DNA of 59,741 nucleotides, filler included. It is 10 parts of 10 records of this genome, joined end to end, with 100 filler letters (N's around TTAATTAATTAA, not from the genome) between each part and the next. Parts side by side here need not be neighbours in the genome. Positions count along the whole stretch, not along the records: positions 54,156 to 59,741 come from SRR31147125_213022; 9 more parts are not named here. One strand, written 5' to 3'. The position numbers were made by a program, and so were the translations under genes. Within the stretch, counting starts at the first letter, position 1, and every line of letters begins with the position of its first letter. This document shows, in pieces, positions 57,966 to 59,741 of the stretch. The notes under the pieces were generated by a model. The model did no database searches. It had not been told where the DNA came from and was given only the letters and a program-made list of their open reading frames with translations.

Positions 57966-59177
57966 ATGCAGTACAGAACCATGCCCGGAAATGGGGACCG
58001 ATTGTCAATACTCGGTTACGGATGTATGCGTTACCCGCTTCTCGAAAACGGGAAGATCGACGAAGACAAGGCGATTTCCCAGATCCGATACGCGATAGAC
58101 AACGGGGTGAATTATCTGGATACCGCCTGGCCGTACCACGGCGGCGCAAGCGAGGTGATTCTTGCGACTGCACTGCGGGACGGCTACCGTGAGAAGGTGA
58201 AGATCGCAACCAAACTGCCGACCTGGCTGATCCACAGTCGGGAGGACATGGACAGCTATCTGGAACGGCAGCTGGAGAAGCTGGAAACGGACAGCATCGA
58301 CTACTACCTTCTGCATGCACTCAACGGCAAAACCTGGGATAAACTTGCCGGCCTCAGCGTTGAAGAGTTTCTCGACTCGATGCTGGCGGACGGCCGCATC
58401 GCCAACGCAGGGTTTTCATTCCACGGAGTGATCGAGGATTTCAAGCGTATCATCGACAGCTACCCGTGGAGTTTCTGCCAGATCCAGTACAATTTCCTCG
58501 ACCAGGAATACCAGGCGGGCACCGAGGGGTTGGAATACGCGGCGGCGAAGGAGATGGGAGTCATCGTGATGGAGCCGCTGCGGGGCGGCAACCTCGGTAT
58601 GCCCGACGCACCGCCGGCAATTGCCGAGATCTGGGACGAGGCCGAGACCAAACGCTCGCCGGTCGAATGGGCACTGCGCTGGATATGGAATCATCCGGAG
58701 GTTACCGTCGTCCTGTCCGGGATGAACCGCGACGACCATATCTCGCAAAATATGGAAATAGCCGCAGAAGCCGCCCCCGGAACGCTAAGTGCGGACGAGT
58801 GCGCACTGGTGGACCGGGCGGCTCGCACCTATAAAGAGTTGATGAAGGTCGACTGCACCGGCTGCGGATACTGCCTGCCCTGTCCTGAGGGGGTAATGAT
58901 ACCCAGCATTTTCGAAGTATACAACAAGAGGCACCTGTTCGGAAATCTCGACGAGGCGCGGTTTATGTACGTTACCAGGATGTGCGGCCTGATTTCGGGT
59001 GGAGACCCCGGCTACGCGTCACAATGTGTGGAGTGCGGCGAGTGCCTGGAGAAATGTCCGCAGTACATCGAAATTCCCGGACTCCTCGCCGATGCGGCGG
59101 AAGAACTGGAAGACGAGGGCATGGAAAACCGGCTCGTTTTCGTTAAAAAAATGCTCGAGGCTGCAAAACACCGATAA
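57966..59177 (+). CDS. Aldo/keto reductase with C-terminal 4Fe-4S dicluster
   Basis: LGYGCMR, YLDTAWPYH, IATKLP, MEPLRGG, CTGCGYCLPCP, CVECGECLEKCPQ. Confidence 0.92.
   Translation: MQYRTMPGNGDRLSILGYGCMRYPLLENGKIDEDKAISQIRYAIDNGVNYLDTAWPYHGGASEVILATALRDGYREKVKIATKLPTWLIHSREDMDSYLERQLEKLETDSIDYYLLHALNGKTWDKLAGLSVEEFLDSMLADGRIANAGFSFHGVIEDFKRIIDSYPWSFCQIQYNFLDQEYQAGTEGLEYAAAKEMGVIVMEPLRGGNLGMPDAPPAIAEIWDEAETKRSPVEWALRWIWNHPEVTVVLSGMNRDDHISQNMEIAAEAAPGTLSADECALVDRAARTYKELMKVDCTGCGYCLPCPEGVMIPSIFEVYNKRHLFGNLDEARFMYVTRMCGLISGGDPGYASQCVECGECLEKCPQYIEIPGLLADAAEELEDEGMENRLVFVKKMLEAAKHR

Positions 59178-59741
<564 letters not shown>

Overview
The window is not one locus. It is ten unrelated contigs joined by 100-nt spacers (N-runs around TTAATTAATTAA), probably from an anoxic marine or sediment metagenome. 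Single-base indels break many ordinary genes, which points to long-read errors. (1) 1-6043, spirochaete-like: pgsA, M32 carboxypeptidase, Fe-ADH, DUF445, GH9 end. (2) 6144-11657, Desulfobacterales-like: YibE/F, alkaline phosphatase, psd coupled to a divergent Lgt-like gene. (3) 11758-18398, Bacteroidota: three sulfatases and a GH5-GH43 lipoprotein. (4) 18499-23652 and (6) 29947-35866, a compact eukaryote with short introns: coiled-coil protein, PI4-kinase alpha, M20 amidohydrolase, Clu/TPR protein. (5) 23753-29846: fused IorAB, NhaC-family transporter, flanking gene remnants, PAS-STAS protein. (7) 35967-42364: glnA end, glpAB, DEAD-box helicase, tatB-like, tatC. (8) 42465-48648: a tightly coupled operon of four uncharacterised proteins, the last (~1110 aa) ending in a DUF3892-like domain; this is the best candidate for an undescribed system. 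(9) 48749-54055: methylmalonyl-CoA pathway cluster. (10) 54156-59741: enolase-superfamily enzyme, GT-C-like membrane protein, Fe-S aldo/keto reductase, argF start. Family and taxon calls come from motif recognition by eye; no searches were run.
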